From positions 104,583 through 168,582 of the forward strand of contig DAOLKO010000014.1 of NCBI GenBank assembly GCA_035331565.1: DNA of 64,000 bases, read 5' to 3'. The notes below the pieces were generated by a model. The model was not told where the DNA came from. It saw nothing but the letters and a program-made list of their open reading frames with translations, and did not search any database. The stretch is from Blastocatellia bacterium (GTDB lineage: Bacteria; Acidobacteriota; Blastocatellia; RBC074). Within the stretch, counting starts at the first letter, position 1. Every line of letters begins with the position of its first letter. This document shows positions 18,890 to 27,665 of the stretch, in pieces. A program made the translations under genes and the position numbers.

Positions 18890-19504
18890 TCATTGGCAGC
18901 GTTGGATGCATTCGCGAAGATTTTCGCGAATGCGAAGTGCTCGAATTCTCAAGGTTCCGGGGGAAATTCCCAGGCGTTCTGCCAATTCGTGACGACTGGT
19001 GATTCTTTCGCGATGATCGCCTTCGTAATACTTGATGATGAGTTCGCGATCTTCCGGCGACAGGAGTTGCAAGCAACGATGCAGGCAATCAAGATGACGT
19101 TCCGTTTCTTGATATTCGTTTTCCTGCTCTGAAGAAAACACTGCATTGCTGGGAGAATCTACGACGTGAGGCTGTGAGTCAAGGGAAATTGTTTCCTTGG
19201 AATGAGAACGCCAATATTCCTGCAAAATTTTATGAGCGACACCATAACAATAGGAAGACGGCTCCGCCCCTGAGAGATCATCTTCTGACTCGATCTTGCG
19301 GGCTACGCGGTCAAGGGTTTGGTCGGCCAGGTCGTCCGGCGAGACGCAAGCCCGATGCTCGAAGTAAAAGCAAAGTTTCTGGCGCAAGCGTTCGTATTTC
19401 TCGCCTGCCCGATTTTTGTCTGCATCCAGCCATCTCAAAAGCCCGGCAAAGGCGGAATCCGTCAAAACCCATTTCTTCGTTCCCACAACCTGATCTTTCC
19501 CCAT
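18890..19504 (-). CDS. ECF RNA polymerase sigma factor
   Basis: Region 2-like DDLADQTLDRVARK; region 4 CLQLLSPEDRELIIKYY...LAERLGISPGTLRIRALRIRENLRECI; GGAG RBS. Confidence 0.85.
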   Translation of the reverse strand: MGKDQVVGTKKWVLTDSAFAGLLRWLDADKNRAGEKYERLRQKLCFYFEHRACVSPDDLADQTLDRVARKIESEDDLSGAEPSSYCYGVAHKILQEYWRSHSKETISLDSQPHVVDSPSNAVFSSEQENEYQETERHLDCLHRCLQLLSPEDRELIIKYYEGDHRERITSRHELAERLGISPGTLRIRALRIRENLRECIQRCQ

Positions 19505-19906
19505 TTGATTTCTCCGAGGTTTATCCGAGTGTTTCAGTCCGCTTGGCCTTCACTACAATCGCTTTCACAACAGAATGCGTAAAAGAAGTAGAAATTAGCT
19601 CACCCAAAAACAGATTTAGAGAGCTTCAAAGAGGACTTTTTGGTCGGCAGGCACTCCGACAGACACAAGCTATTTTTAGCTTTTGTATTGTTGGCCGGGT
19701 TGTTTGTTCAACTCGTTATTGTATTGGCAACTTTGAATTCTTGATCAAGGCTTTCTCAGTCAACGCCGGTAATTGACTCAGTAACTGACCAAGAGCAACG
19801 TAACTGAAGGGCAAGGCTGAAACATCTTCAACTACATTGCGGGCGCAAGATACGGGATGGATAAGAATCTGTCCAGAGCAGCAGGAGTTTTCTCTCAATT
19901 CATCAA

Positions 19907-19944
19907 CGAAAGGACGCCAATCCGATTGGTTTGGCGTCCTTTCG
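19907..19944 (-). terminator. Intrinsic terminator after the PD40 gene
   Basis: CGAAAGGACGCCAA/TTGGCGTCCTTTCG 14-bp perfect stem. Confidence 0.8.
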
Positions 19945-19950
19945 CAAATG

Positions 19951-21024
19951 TCACTCGATCCAGTCGGCGATAAAGACATTGGTATCGCCTTGTTTCGCGG
20001 CATTGCGATTGGAGCAGAAGACGAGCTTTTTGCCATCAGGCGAAAACATCGGGAAGCCATCGAAGCTTTCGTTGAAGGTGATTTGCTCTTGGCCAGTGCC
20101 GTCAACATTGATGGCGTAAACATCGAAGTTTCGTCCACGCGGATCGCCGAGGTTTGACGAAAAGATAATTCGTTTGTTGTTGAGGAAGAAAAACGGTGCG
20201 AAGTTGGCTTTGCCGTTGTTGGTCACGCGGCGTTTGTTAGATCCGTCCGGGTTCATTACCCACAAATCAAGTTTGCTTGGGCGAATCATATTTTCTTTGA
20301 GCAATGTCAGGTAGTCGGTTTTCTCCGCATCGGTCTGCGGATGATAGGCGCGGTAAACAATCAATTTACCGTCATAGCTCCAGAAAGGCCCGCCGTCATA
20401 ACCGAGTTCATTCGTCAGTCGTTTCACGTTCTTACCGTTTTTGTCCATTGTGTAAATGTCCAGATCGCCGTCGCGCAAACTGGTGAAAACGATGGTTCCA
20501 TCCGGGCGAATGGTCGCTTCTGCGTCGTAACGGGCAGTTGCGGTGAGCGGCTTTGCATTCGATCCGTCCAGGTTGGCTTTGAAAATGTCAAATCCGGCAT
20601 AAAGTGCCCAGACATAGCCTTTGGAAAAATCCGGTTTAGGCGGGCACTGCGGATCGGCTTTGAAGGTGGAGGCATAGACTATGCTCTTTTTATCCGGTGT
20701 GAAATAAGCGCAGGTGGTTTTGCCTTCGCCGTTCGAGAGCAGCTTTTTGTCCGAGCCGTCTATGTTCATCGAATAGATTTGATCGCAACCGTCACCTTTG
20801 GGGGCGCTTTGAAAAATCAGTTTCTTGCCGTCGTGCGAAAAATAGGCTTCGGCGTTCTCGCCTTCAAAGGTTAGTTGTTTGATGTTGGCTAGATGTTTTT
20901 CGCGCGGGTCTTTGAGTTCGACGGCGGACGCGGGAAGCGATGTTTCGGTCTCGGCGTTTCGTGGCACAAGCAGCAGCCCGCCGCAAAGCGAAACCAACAG
21001 GACAATGAGAATCAGTTTTTGCAT
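19951..21024 (-). CDS. Secreted TolB-like PD40-repeat beta-propeller protein
   Basis: EAYFSHDGKKLIFQS, GGPFWSYDGKLIVYR, FDGFPMFSPDGKKLVFCSNR; signal peptide from MQKL. Confidence 0.88.
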   Translation of the reverse strand: MQKLILIVLLVSLCGGLLLVPRNAETETSLPASAVELKDPREKHLANIKQLTFEGENAEAYFSHDGKKLIFQSAPKGDGCDQIYSMNIDGSDKKLLSNGEGKTTCAYFTPDKKSIVYASTFKADPQCPPKPDFSKGYVWALYAGFDIFKANLDGSNAKPLTATARYDAEATIRPDGTIVFTSLRDGDLDIYTMDKNGKNVKRLTNELGYDGGPFWSYDGKLIVYRAYHPQTDAEKTDYLTLLKENMIRPSKLDLWVMNPDGSNKRRVTNNGKANFAPFFFLNNKRIIFSSNLGDPRGRNFDVYAINVDGTGQEQITFNESFDGFPMFSPDGKKLVFCSNRNAAKQGDTNVFIADWIE

Positions 21025-21084
21025 GGTTCTATTTGGTAAGTTGTTGAAATCAGTCAGCGGGAAAAAACGCGAAATGAAAGCGCA

Positions 21085-21120
21085 AGTGGCGGGTGCTGCC
21101 TGAAGCAACAACCCGCCACT
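21085..21120 (-). terminator. Probable pnp terminator
   Basis: AGTGGCGGGT/ACCCGCCACT stem just after the pnp stop, followed by a T-rich tract on the minus strand. Confidence 0.65.
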
Positions 21121-21136
21121 GCCGGTTTAAGGTGAA

Positions 21137-23269
21137 TTACTCGTCGTCGTGGCGACGGTTTCCGCCTTTGCCTTCCTTGCCTTTCTTTTCATTGAGCAAA
21201 GTTTTGCGACTCAGGCGAATCTTGTTGCCTTCGATGCCTATGCACTTGACCATAATCTGTTGGCCTTCGGTCAGTTCATCGCGGACATCGCGGACGCGAT
21301 AATCGGCGATTTCCGACACGTGCAGCAGACCGTCGAGGCCGGGCAAAATTTCGACGAACGCGCCGAAATCCACGATCCGCGAAACCGTGCCGAGGTAGGT
21401 CTTGCCGATTTCGGCTTCGGCGGTGATGTCGCGAATGATTTGCATGGCCATTTCGGCGGCTTCGCCATTAGCCGTGGCAATCGAAATGCGACCTGAATCT
21501 TCCACGTCAATTTTCGCGCCGGTGCGTTCGACGATGGATTTAATCATCTTGCCGCCTGGGCCAATGACATCGCGAATTTTGTCGGGGTTGATCTGCATGG
21601 TCAGGATGCGAGGCGCATACTGGCTGATTTCCTTGCGCGGTTCGGCGATGGCTTCTTCCATCTTGTCCAGAATGAAGAGCCGGCCTTTTTTGGCTTGCTC
21701 CAAAGCTTCTTGCAGGATTTGCGGATTCAAGCCTGTAACCTTGATGTCCATTTGCAGCGCGGTGATGCCGTTGCGCGTGCCGGCGACTTTGAAGTCCATG
21801 TCGCCGTAGTGGTCTTCAGCGCCGGCGATGTCTGTCAGGATGGCGTATTTCTTTTCTTCCATCACCAGACCCATGGCCACGCCCGCCACTGGCGCTTTGA
21901 TCGGAACGCCAGCGTCCATCATCGCCAGAATGCCTCCGCAGACGGTCGCCATCGAAGACGATCCGTTCGACTCTGTAATGTCCGACACGACGCGAACGAC
22001 ATAAGGCCATTCTTCTTCCGTCGGTACAACGGCATCAATTGCGCGATGCGCCAGCGCGCCGTGGCCGATTTCGCGGCGACCGGGGCTTCCGGTGCGACCG
22101 GTTTCGCCGACTGAAAACGGCGGGAAGTTGTAATTGAGCATGAAGCGGCGTTTGAATTCGCCGCTTTCCAAACTGTCAACGTATTGCACGTCTTGCGAAG
22201 TGCCGAGGGTGGCGGTGACCACAGCTTGTGTTTCGCCGCGTGTAAACAAGGACGAGCCGTGCGTGCGTGGCAGCCAGCCGATTTCAACTGAAATGGGGCG
22301 AATTTCGGAAAAGCGCCGGCCATCGGGACGGCGACGGTTGTTCAAGATGTCGTCGCGGAAAATAGCTTCTTTCAGATGGTCGAACACGATTCCGGCTTCT
22401 TTGCGAACTTCCGGTTGATCTTCAGGATGGCTTTCAACCACTTTCTTTTTCAGATTATCAATCGCCGTGTAGCTTTCGATCTTCGATTTGTTCTGCACGT
22501 TCAGGGCTTCGCGCATTTCGCCAGTGTATTTTTCGGTGATTTCGCGCACCAGCGTTTCGTTGGCGGATTTGGGTTCAAACGCACGCTTTTGAATACCCAG
22601 CTTTTCGCCCATCGCACGCTGCAACTGGCAGAGCTTTTTGATTTCGCCGTGACCGAAGAGCAGGGCTTCGAGCATCACCTGCTCACTGACTTCCTTGGCA
22701 CCGGCTTCGACCATGACTATGGCTTCTTCGCTGCCGGCGACAATCAGGTTGAGTTGGGAGTTACGCTGCTCTTCGTAAGTCGGGTTGACGATGTATTTGC
22801 CTTCAACCAGGCCGACGCGAACGCCTGCAATCGGGTTATGAAAGGGAATGTCCGACAGGTAAAGCGCGGCGGACGCGCCCGTGATGGAAAGCACGTCCGG
22901 CTCGTTTTCATCGTCCGCCGACATGACCATCGAAATGACCTGAGTTTCGTGTTGATAACCTTCCGGGAAAAGCGGGCGAATCGGGCGATCCGTCAGGCGT
23001 GAAGTCAGAATCTCTTTTTCAGTCGGACGGCCTTCGCGTTTGAAATAGCCGCCGGGAATGCGACCGGCGGCGTAACCGTACTCGCGGTAATCAACCGTCA
23101 GCGGGAAAAAATCAGCGCCTTCCTTGGCTTTGCGGGCGGAAACGGCTGTGACCAGTACAACTGTTTCACCTTGCGTGATGAGCACCGCTCCATCTGCCTG
23201 TTTGGCGATGCGGCCTGTTTCAATCGTGAACTCACGACCGCCCAAATTAATGCCTTGTTTTAGAAACAT
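21137..23269 (-). CDS. pnp: Polyribonucleotide nucleotidyltransferase (PNPase)
   Basis: FFPLTVDYRE, SRLTDRPIRPLFP, RREIGHGALA, SNGSSSMA, DHYGDMDFKVAGT, KH and S1 domains. Confidence 0.98.
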   Translation of the reverse strand: MFLKQGINLGGREFTIETGRIAKQADGAVLITQGETVVLVTAVSARKAKEGADFFPLTVDYREYGYAAGRIPGGYFKREGRPTEKEILTSRLTDRPIRPLFPEGYQHETQVISMVMSADDENEPDVLSITGASAALYLSDIPFHNPIAGVRVGLVEGKYIVNPTYEEQRNSQLNLIVAGSEEAIVMVEAGAKEVSEQVMLEALLFGHGEIKKLCQLQRAMGEKLGIQKRAFEPKSANETLVREITEKYTGEMREALNVQNKSKIESYTAIDNLKKKVVESHPEDQPEVRKEAGIVFDHLKEAIFRDDILNNRRRPDGRRFSEIRPISVEIGWLPRTHGSSLFTRGETQAVVTATLGTSQDVQYVDSLESGEFKRRFMLNYNFPPFSVGETGRTGSPGRREIGHGALAHRAIDAVVPTEEEWPYVVRVVSDITESNGSSSMATVCGGILAMMDAGVPIKAPVAGVAMGLVMEEKKYAILTDIAGAEDHYGDMDFKVAGTRNGITALQMDIKVTGLNPQILQEALEQAKKGRLFILDKMEEAIAEPRKEISQYAPRILTMQINPDKIRDVIGPGGKMIKSIVERTGAKIDVEDSGRISIATANGEAAEMAMQIIRDITAEAEIGKTYLGTVSRIVDFGAFVEILPGLDGLLHVSEIADYRVRDVRDELTEGQQIMVKCIGIEGNKIRLSRKTLLNEKKGKEGKGGNRRHDDE

Positions 23270-23626
23270 CTGTATCTCTCCTCTCTACGCAAGCGGCTCA
23301 TATCCAGTGGCCGCTTAAAAACGAAAGCCAGGTGCGCGCAGAGACAAACTCTCTCATTGCGACGCTCCTGGCCGGAAATATGGAAATAAACTTGTGTCCC
23401 CGTGCAGGGATGATCGGAATTGTCGCTCACTTAGGCGATCTCAGATAGAAGGGCAGCCGCGGAAGTGATGATGGCGCTGAGGGCATCCGAAAATCAGATT
23501 CGCCAAATTCGGATGAAATCATTCGTCTTCCCAATTGCGCCTGAAAAGCAAACAGGCTGGCCGGCTACCTAAGTTGGCGGTACCGGGGCAGGGAGTACGT
23601 GCCGTCACGTTCGGCTGCACAACGAA

Positions 23627-23658
23627 AGCGGCGTCTTTACTCTGTGAAGACGCCGCCA
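23627..23658 (-). terminator. Intrinsic terminator after rpsO
   Basis: GCGGCGTCTT-N9-AAGACGCCGC stem followed on the minus strand by TTTCGTT. Confidence 0.7.
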
Positions 23659-23670
23659 ACAATTTCAAAC

Positions 23671-23940
23671 TTACTTTCTCAAGCCGAGACGACTAATCAA
23701 CTCGTGGTAGCGATTGATATCGCTTCGTTTCAAATAATCAAGCAGACTGCGGCGCTGGCTGACCAGCTTAAGCAAACCGCGGCGCGAGTGGTTGTCTTTT
23801 TTGTGCGTCTTGAAATGATCGGTGAGTTCGTTGATGCGCTTGGTCAAGAGTGCCACTTGAACTTCCGGCGAACCGGTATCCGTTCCGTGCGTCTTGTACT
23901 GCGAAATGATGTTTAACTTAGCTTCCTTTGCTAAAGCCAT
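23671..23940 (-). CDS. rpsO: 30S ribosomal protein S15
   Basis: [43 protein letters not shown]; 89 aa; upstream of pnp. Confidence 0.98.
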   Translation of the reverse strand: MALAKEAKLNIISQYKTHGTDTGSPEVQVALLTKRINELTDHFKTHKKDNHSRRGLLKLVSQRRSLLDYLKRSDINRYHELISRLGLRK

Positions 23941-24059
23941 TACAGGTCTTTCTTCCTCCGAAGTCTGATTGTCTTGTCGAAATTTGAGGCGCAAAGGTAG
24001 CAGAGCAATGCGGAAAGTTCAAGACTCGCCTGGTTTTCGCCAAGACTTCGGCAGGACTG

Positions 24060-26420
24060 CTAGACGTGGGCGCGTTGGCGGAAATTCAGGTACAAGCCAA
24101 CAGCCAGAAACAGGATTTGCGGCCCCCAGACGGCTATAGCCACTGGTAGATTTGATTGTTTTCCTGCTGCTTCAAACAAAGTCATCAGCAGCCAAAAAAC
24201 CAAACCAATGCCGATACTGACGGCTATGCTGAGCAGCGGACTGTAGCGGCGCGCGCGTTTGGTTAGCGCAAACGGCAATGCCAGTACAGCCAGCGTCAGA
24301 CAGGAGAAGGGAAATGCCAAGCGTTTGCGTAAATCCAGTTGGGCTTCGATGATGGGAGCGCCGATGCTCTGTAGTTGGCTGATGTATTTGTGCAAATCAG
24401 CGGTCGCCATTTTGCCGGATTCATTAACCGTGCGCTTGAAAATGCCGGCTCCATCTTCGACTGTGAAGGCTTGGCCGACAGCGTCAATCGGTGTGCGCGC
24501 GACAATCAAATCCTGTCGTACGGTATCAGTCCAGCCGTCTTTGGCCAGCCAGGAGGTCGGATCACTTTGTGCGGCAGTGGCGAAATTCAGCGAATGTTGT
24601 AGCAAATGTGTCGTGGGCGACAGGTGGTAAATCGAAGCGTTGAGTAAACTATTTTGATCATCAATCTGCTGAAAGCTGTAAATTGTGTTGTTTTTGCCAA
24701 GTACCCATTTCTTGCCGAAGGCGATGGTAGTTTGTTCTATGTAGCGGCCTTTGATTTTGTTGTAACGAATGTCCTGTTCGCGGTTGGTGAAGGGAATCAG
24801 GCCATCCGCGAAAAACCACAGAGAGGCGGAAATGCCTGCTACAGCCAGTAAAATCGCGATCACTAAACGCAACTTGCTCTGGCCCGCGCTGAAAAGAACC
24901 ACCAATTGATTACTGCGAGCCAGCACGCTGCAGCCCATCAAAATCGCTACCAGCAAGGCGAACGGCGAAACGTAATAGGCCAGTTGCGGCGTCAAATAGC
25001 CGAAATAAGAAGCCGCGTAGCCAAAACCGGTTCCGCTTTTGACGATGGCCGGAATCAGATCGAAAAGTGTGAACGCCACAGAAGTCGCCACCAGTGCGGT
25101 CAGAGCTATCAAGTAGTATTTGACGATTTCGCTGACCAGCAAATAGTTGATCAAGTTCAATGGACTGAGTCCCAGCAACAGGGAACTGCTCCCCCTGGAA
25201 ACGGGCAGGGACGCTTCAGTTGCATCAGCGGGTTTGGCAGCGCGAATCCTTGCAGGGAAAAACAAGGAAAAAACATCCGCCAAATTCCATCCGGGACGAT
25301 TGCCGCGCGCGAAGGCTTGGACGATGAAGGCTCCGTACAGCAAATGTGCCAGCCACACTCCAAGCCACGCAGGCACTTTGCCGGAGGAGGCCACGCTTTG
25401 ACCGGCGACTAGAACTACGTAAAACAACATCGCCACGAAAATCACAGCTACCGCTGTACGAGGTCGCGTCGAAAGCCGTTTGCTGCGCATTGCTATGACG
25501 AATGCCACCAGCGACAAGGTCACGCAGGCGAAAGGAAAGGCGAAACGTTTGTGCCATTCGACTGTAGCCAGCAATCGTTCTTTTTCAGTAGCGGCGGAGT
25601 TGGAGGCGCGCACCACTTCGCGCATGGTCATTTCGGCCAGCGGACTGGGTGGCGCAAGGGCTTCAGGTTCGTCCGGCTTGTTGTTCGTAGGCCGCAGCGA
25701 AGACCGCACAAAGGCCGAAGACGCCAGGGAGTTTTTCGCGAAGTCTTTCTCTACGGTCATTCCGCGTAGTAACTGGACTTCCAGCGAATCATTCGACGGG
25801 CCGGCGATTCGCAACTGGCCGCGTTCGGCAGTTAGCAATCGTTCAGTTTTCTGCGCTTCGTCGCGCTGCATCAGGAAAACGCCCAGCCAGTCGCCGGTTT
25901 TCGGATCAATGTCCTTGACGTAAAGCAGCAAGCCTGGAAAGCGCGTCGTAAATGCGCCGGGCGTGATTTGTGCCGTTGCTCCTTGCAGCAAAATGCTGGT
26001 GCGCAGCGATTTCAGGCTTTTCAGCGCTGCCGGCGCAATGTTGGCGGAGAGGTAGAATGCGAAGCCCGCGCCTAACAATCCAAACATCGCAAACGGAAAC
26101 GCCAACGTCAGCGGACTGACGCCGGAAGCCTGCGCGGCCGTCAATTCGCCATCGGTGGAAAGTCGGCTGCAAGAAATCACAGCGCCCAGCAATAGCGAAA
26201 CGGGCAGAGTAATAATGACAATGCCTGGAATCAGGCTGCCCAGGAAAATCAGCTTGGTTTGTGTGTTGGTATAAAAAGACAGGACGATAGCCAGATATTT
26301 GCCCGCTTGCTGAATGAATACCAGCGTCGTCAGCACGAAAAACGGAATCACCGAAAGAGGGATGATTTCTCGAAAAAGTAGAAGCGTCAGTTTTCGGGGA
26401 AGGTAACGATTAAGTGACAT
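24060..26420 (-). CDS. lptF/G: Fused LptF-LptG LPS export permease
   Basis: Two YjgP/YjgQ halves: SRLSTDGELTAAQASGVS...HKRFAFPFAC and LARSNQLVVLFSAGQS...KRLAFPFSC; each ends in a W-x-P/A motif. Confidence 0.9.
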   Translation of the reverse strand: MSLNRYLPRKLTLLLFREIIPLSVIPFFVLTTLVFIQQAGKYLAIVLSFYTNTQTKLIFLGSLIPGIVIITLPVSLLLGAVISCSRLSTDGELTAAQASGVSPLTLAFPFAMFGLLGAGFAFYLSANIAPAALKSLKSLRTSILLQGATAQITPGAFTTRFPGLLLYVKDIDPKTGDWLGVFLMQRDEAQKTERLLTAERGQLRIAGPSNDSLEVQLLRGMTVEKDFAKNSLASSAFVRSSLRPTNNKPDEPEALAPPSPLAEMTMREVVRASNSAATEKERLLATVEWHKRFAFPFACVTLSLVAFVIAMRSKRLSTRPRTAVAVIFVAMLFYVVLVAGQSVASSGKVPAWLGVWLAHLLYGAFIVQAFARGNRPGWNLADVFSLFFPARIRAAKPADATEASLPVSRGSSSLLLGLSPLNLINYLLVSEIVKYYLIALTALVATSVAFTLFDLIPAIVKSGTGFGYAASYFGYLTPQLAYYVSPFALLVAILMGCSVLARSNQLVVLFSAGQSKLRLVIAILLAVAGISASLWFFADGLIPFTNREQDIRYNKIKGRYIEQTTIAFGKKWVLGKNNTIYSFQQIDDQNSLLNASIYHLSPTTHLLQHSLNFATAAQSDPTSWLAKDGWTDTVRQDLIVARTPIDAVGQAFTVEDGAGIFKRTVNESGKMATADLHKYISQLQSIGAPIIEAQLDLRKRLAFPFSCLTLAVLALPFALTKRARRYSPLLSIAVSIGIGLVFWLLMTLFEAAGKQSNLPVAIAVWGPQILFLAVGLYLNFRQRAHV

Positions 26421-26441
26421 CTGTCTGTTCGCGCAAGATAA

Positions 26442-26450
26442 AGTATACCA
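26442..26450 (-). promoter_or_regulatory. Candidate extended -10 promoter of lptFG
   Basis: Minus strand TGGTATACT about 22 nt upstream of ATG 26420. Confidence 0.45.
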
Positions 26451-26470
26451 TCCGCGTCTGATAATAAGCC

Positions 26471-27082
26471 TTATGTTGTAAAAATACCCGAAGAAACCAC
26501 TGTCAGATGCAAGATGCGCATTCTATACCGAATCAGCGCCTGTGTGACGCCGAAATGCCGTGCAATGGATTGAATGGATTGTCCGCGCGCCAAATTGCAC
26601 GCCAGCGAACGATACGGCACAAGCGCGGCAGCACCAACCGAATATGCCTCTTCTTCAATCGAATCGTTATAGTTTCTGTGATTTTCACCCAGACCGATTT
26701 TGCTTTGCTGATGGCCAAGCAATACGTGACAGATTTCTTCCATTAGCGTTGCCGCCTGACGTCCGGGACTTTGTGATGGATTGAGAAAAATGATGTGGGA
26801 GCCATCAGGCAATGTGGAACTTGCGCCGCCTGACCAGCCGGCGGCGGAATCTGACAAGATAGCTTTAGCTTCTTCAGAAAGTCCGCTGACGGCATCCAGC
26901 GACACAATTTTTAATCCTACTGTCTCTGCTAGTTTAGCTGGATCAAGCTTGTCGTGAATACCCAGGTCAATGAAGGACCTGACGCGGAGGCCGATCTGTT
27001 CATAGTGGCGAAATTTGCTGGTGATGGCTGGCAAATAGCTCAATCGATCCAAACACTCTTTGTTGCCACAACTTCCGGTCAT
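26471..27082 (-). CDS. ImmA/IrrE family metallo-endopeptidase (EExxH variant)
   Basis: IFLN...GRQAATLMEEICHVLLGH, downstream IEEEAYSVGAAALVP, C-terminal HTH IARHFGVTQALIRYR; next to an XRE gene. Confidence 0.85.
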   Translation of the reverse strand: MTGSCGNKECLDRLSYLPAITSKFRHYEQIGLRVRSFIDLGIHDKLDPAKLAETVGLKIVSLDAVSGLSEEAKAILSDSAAGWSGGASSTLPDGSHIIFLNPSQSPGRQAATLMEEICHVLLGHQQSKIGLGENHRNYNDSIEEEAYSVGAAALVPYRSLACNLARGQSIQSIARHFGVTQALIRYRMRILHLTVVSSGIFTT

Positions 27083-27105
27083 TCAACTCATTCAATTTAT
27101 TGAAT

Positions 27106-27528
27106 TTAACTTTTTGAACTGAACTGCGTATAGGCCACTCTGAATAATTCAGAAAGCGCCTTGGCTGTTTCGGGTGATAGTTTCCTATCCGCACGTAAAT
27201 GCGCTTCGACGATGTCTGGTAAAGATTCTTGTGGAAAATAAACAATGGGGGTTTCAGTAGGCGTTTCGAGTCCGATAACACGTTCAAATGGTAAATTCAG
27301 CCATTTGGCCAAGCGTGCCAGTGTTTGGGCGTCTGGCGTTCCTGTACCGTTCTCAATTCTGGAAAGCGTGGAAGCGCTTACCTGAGTTTGTTTAGCAACG
27401 GCGCGTAAAGAAAGACGATTAGTTTCCCTCTTCCTTCTTATATAGTGACCTAGCTCAGCAACGTTGATGATGGGATCGTTGCTATTGAGGTCAAGTTCGA
27501 TAGGTTTCCCGGTCATTGGCTCTTCCAT
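27106..27528 (-). CDS. XRE-family HTH repressor (start 27528 or 27516)
   Basis: LGHYIRRKRETNRLSLRAVAKQTQVSASTLSRIENG...PDAQTLARLAKWL; C-terminal helical domain VEAHLRADRKL. Confidence 0.9.
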   Translation of the reverse strand: MEEPMTGKPIELDLNSNDPIINVAELGHYIRRKRETNRLSLRAVAKQTQVSASTLSRIENGTGTPDAQTLARLAKWLNLPFERVIGLETPTETPIVYFPQESLPDIVEAHLRADRKLSPETAKALSELFRVAYTQFSSKS

Positions 27529-27620
27529 AAATGCTTCTGTTGTAGATAATACGGTTGCGTTTCTTCAATCACTAAATCTTGAAAAAAGTTAGCATAGAGT
27601 ATTTGCAAAGGCAAGATGCT

Positions 27621-27636
27621 GTTGCAAACCTGCAAC
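27621..27636. promoter_or_regulatory. Palindrome, candidate operator
   Basis: GTTGCA-aacc-TGCAAC perfect 6-4-6 dyad in the divergent XRE/ECF spacer. Confidence 0.4.
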
Positions 27637-27665
27637 GCCCGATATTCAAGGATGCCGTACTTCCC

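Noticed and set aside
18893-19776. Forward ORFs and short palindromes (TTCGCGAA) overlapping the ECF gene
   Set aside because: Explained by the minus-strand ECF coding sequence; the palindromes are short and plausible by chance
19505-19906. ORF 19716-20138 (-) in the AT-rich spacer
   Set aside because: Overlaps the PD40 gene out of frame and runs through its terminator; more likely the ECF promoter region
26471-27528. Prophage or ICE interpretation of the XRE/ImmA pair
   Set aside because: No integrase, att-like direct repeats, tRNA, replication, conjugation or structural genes on either side
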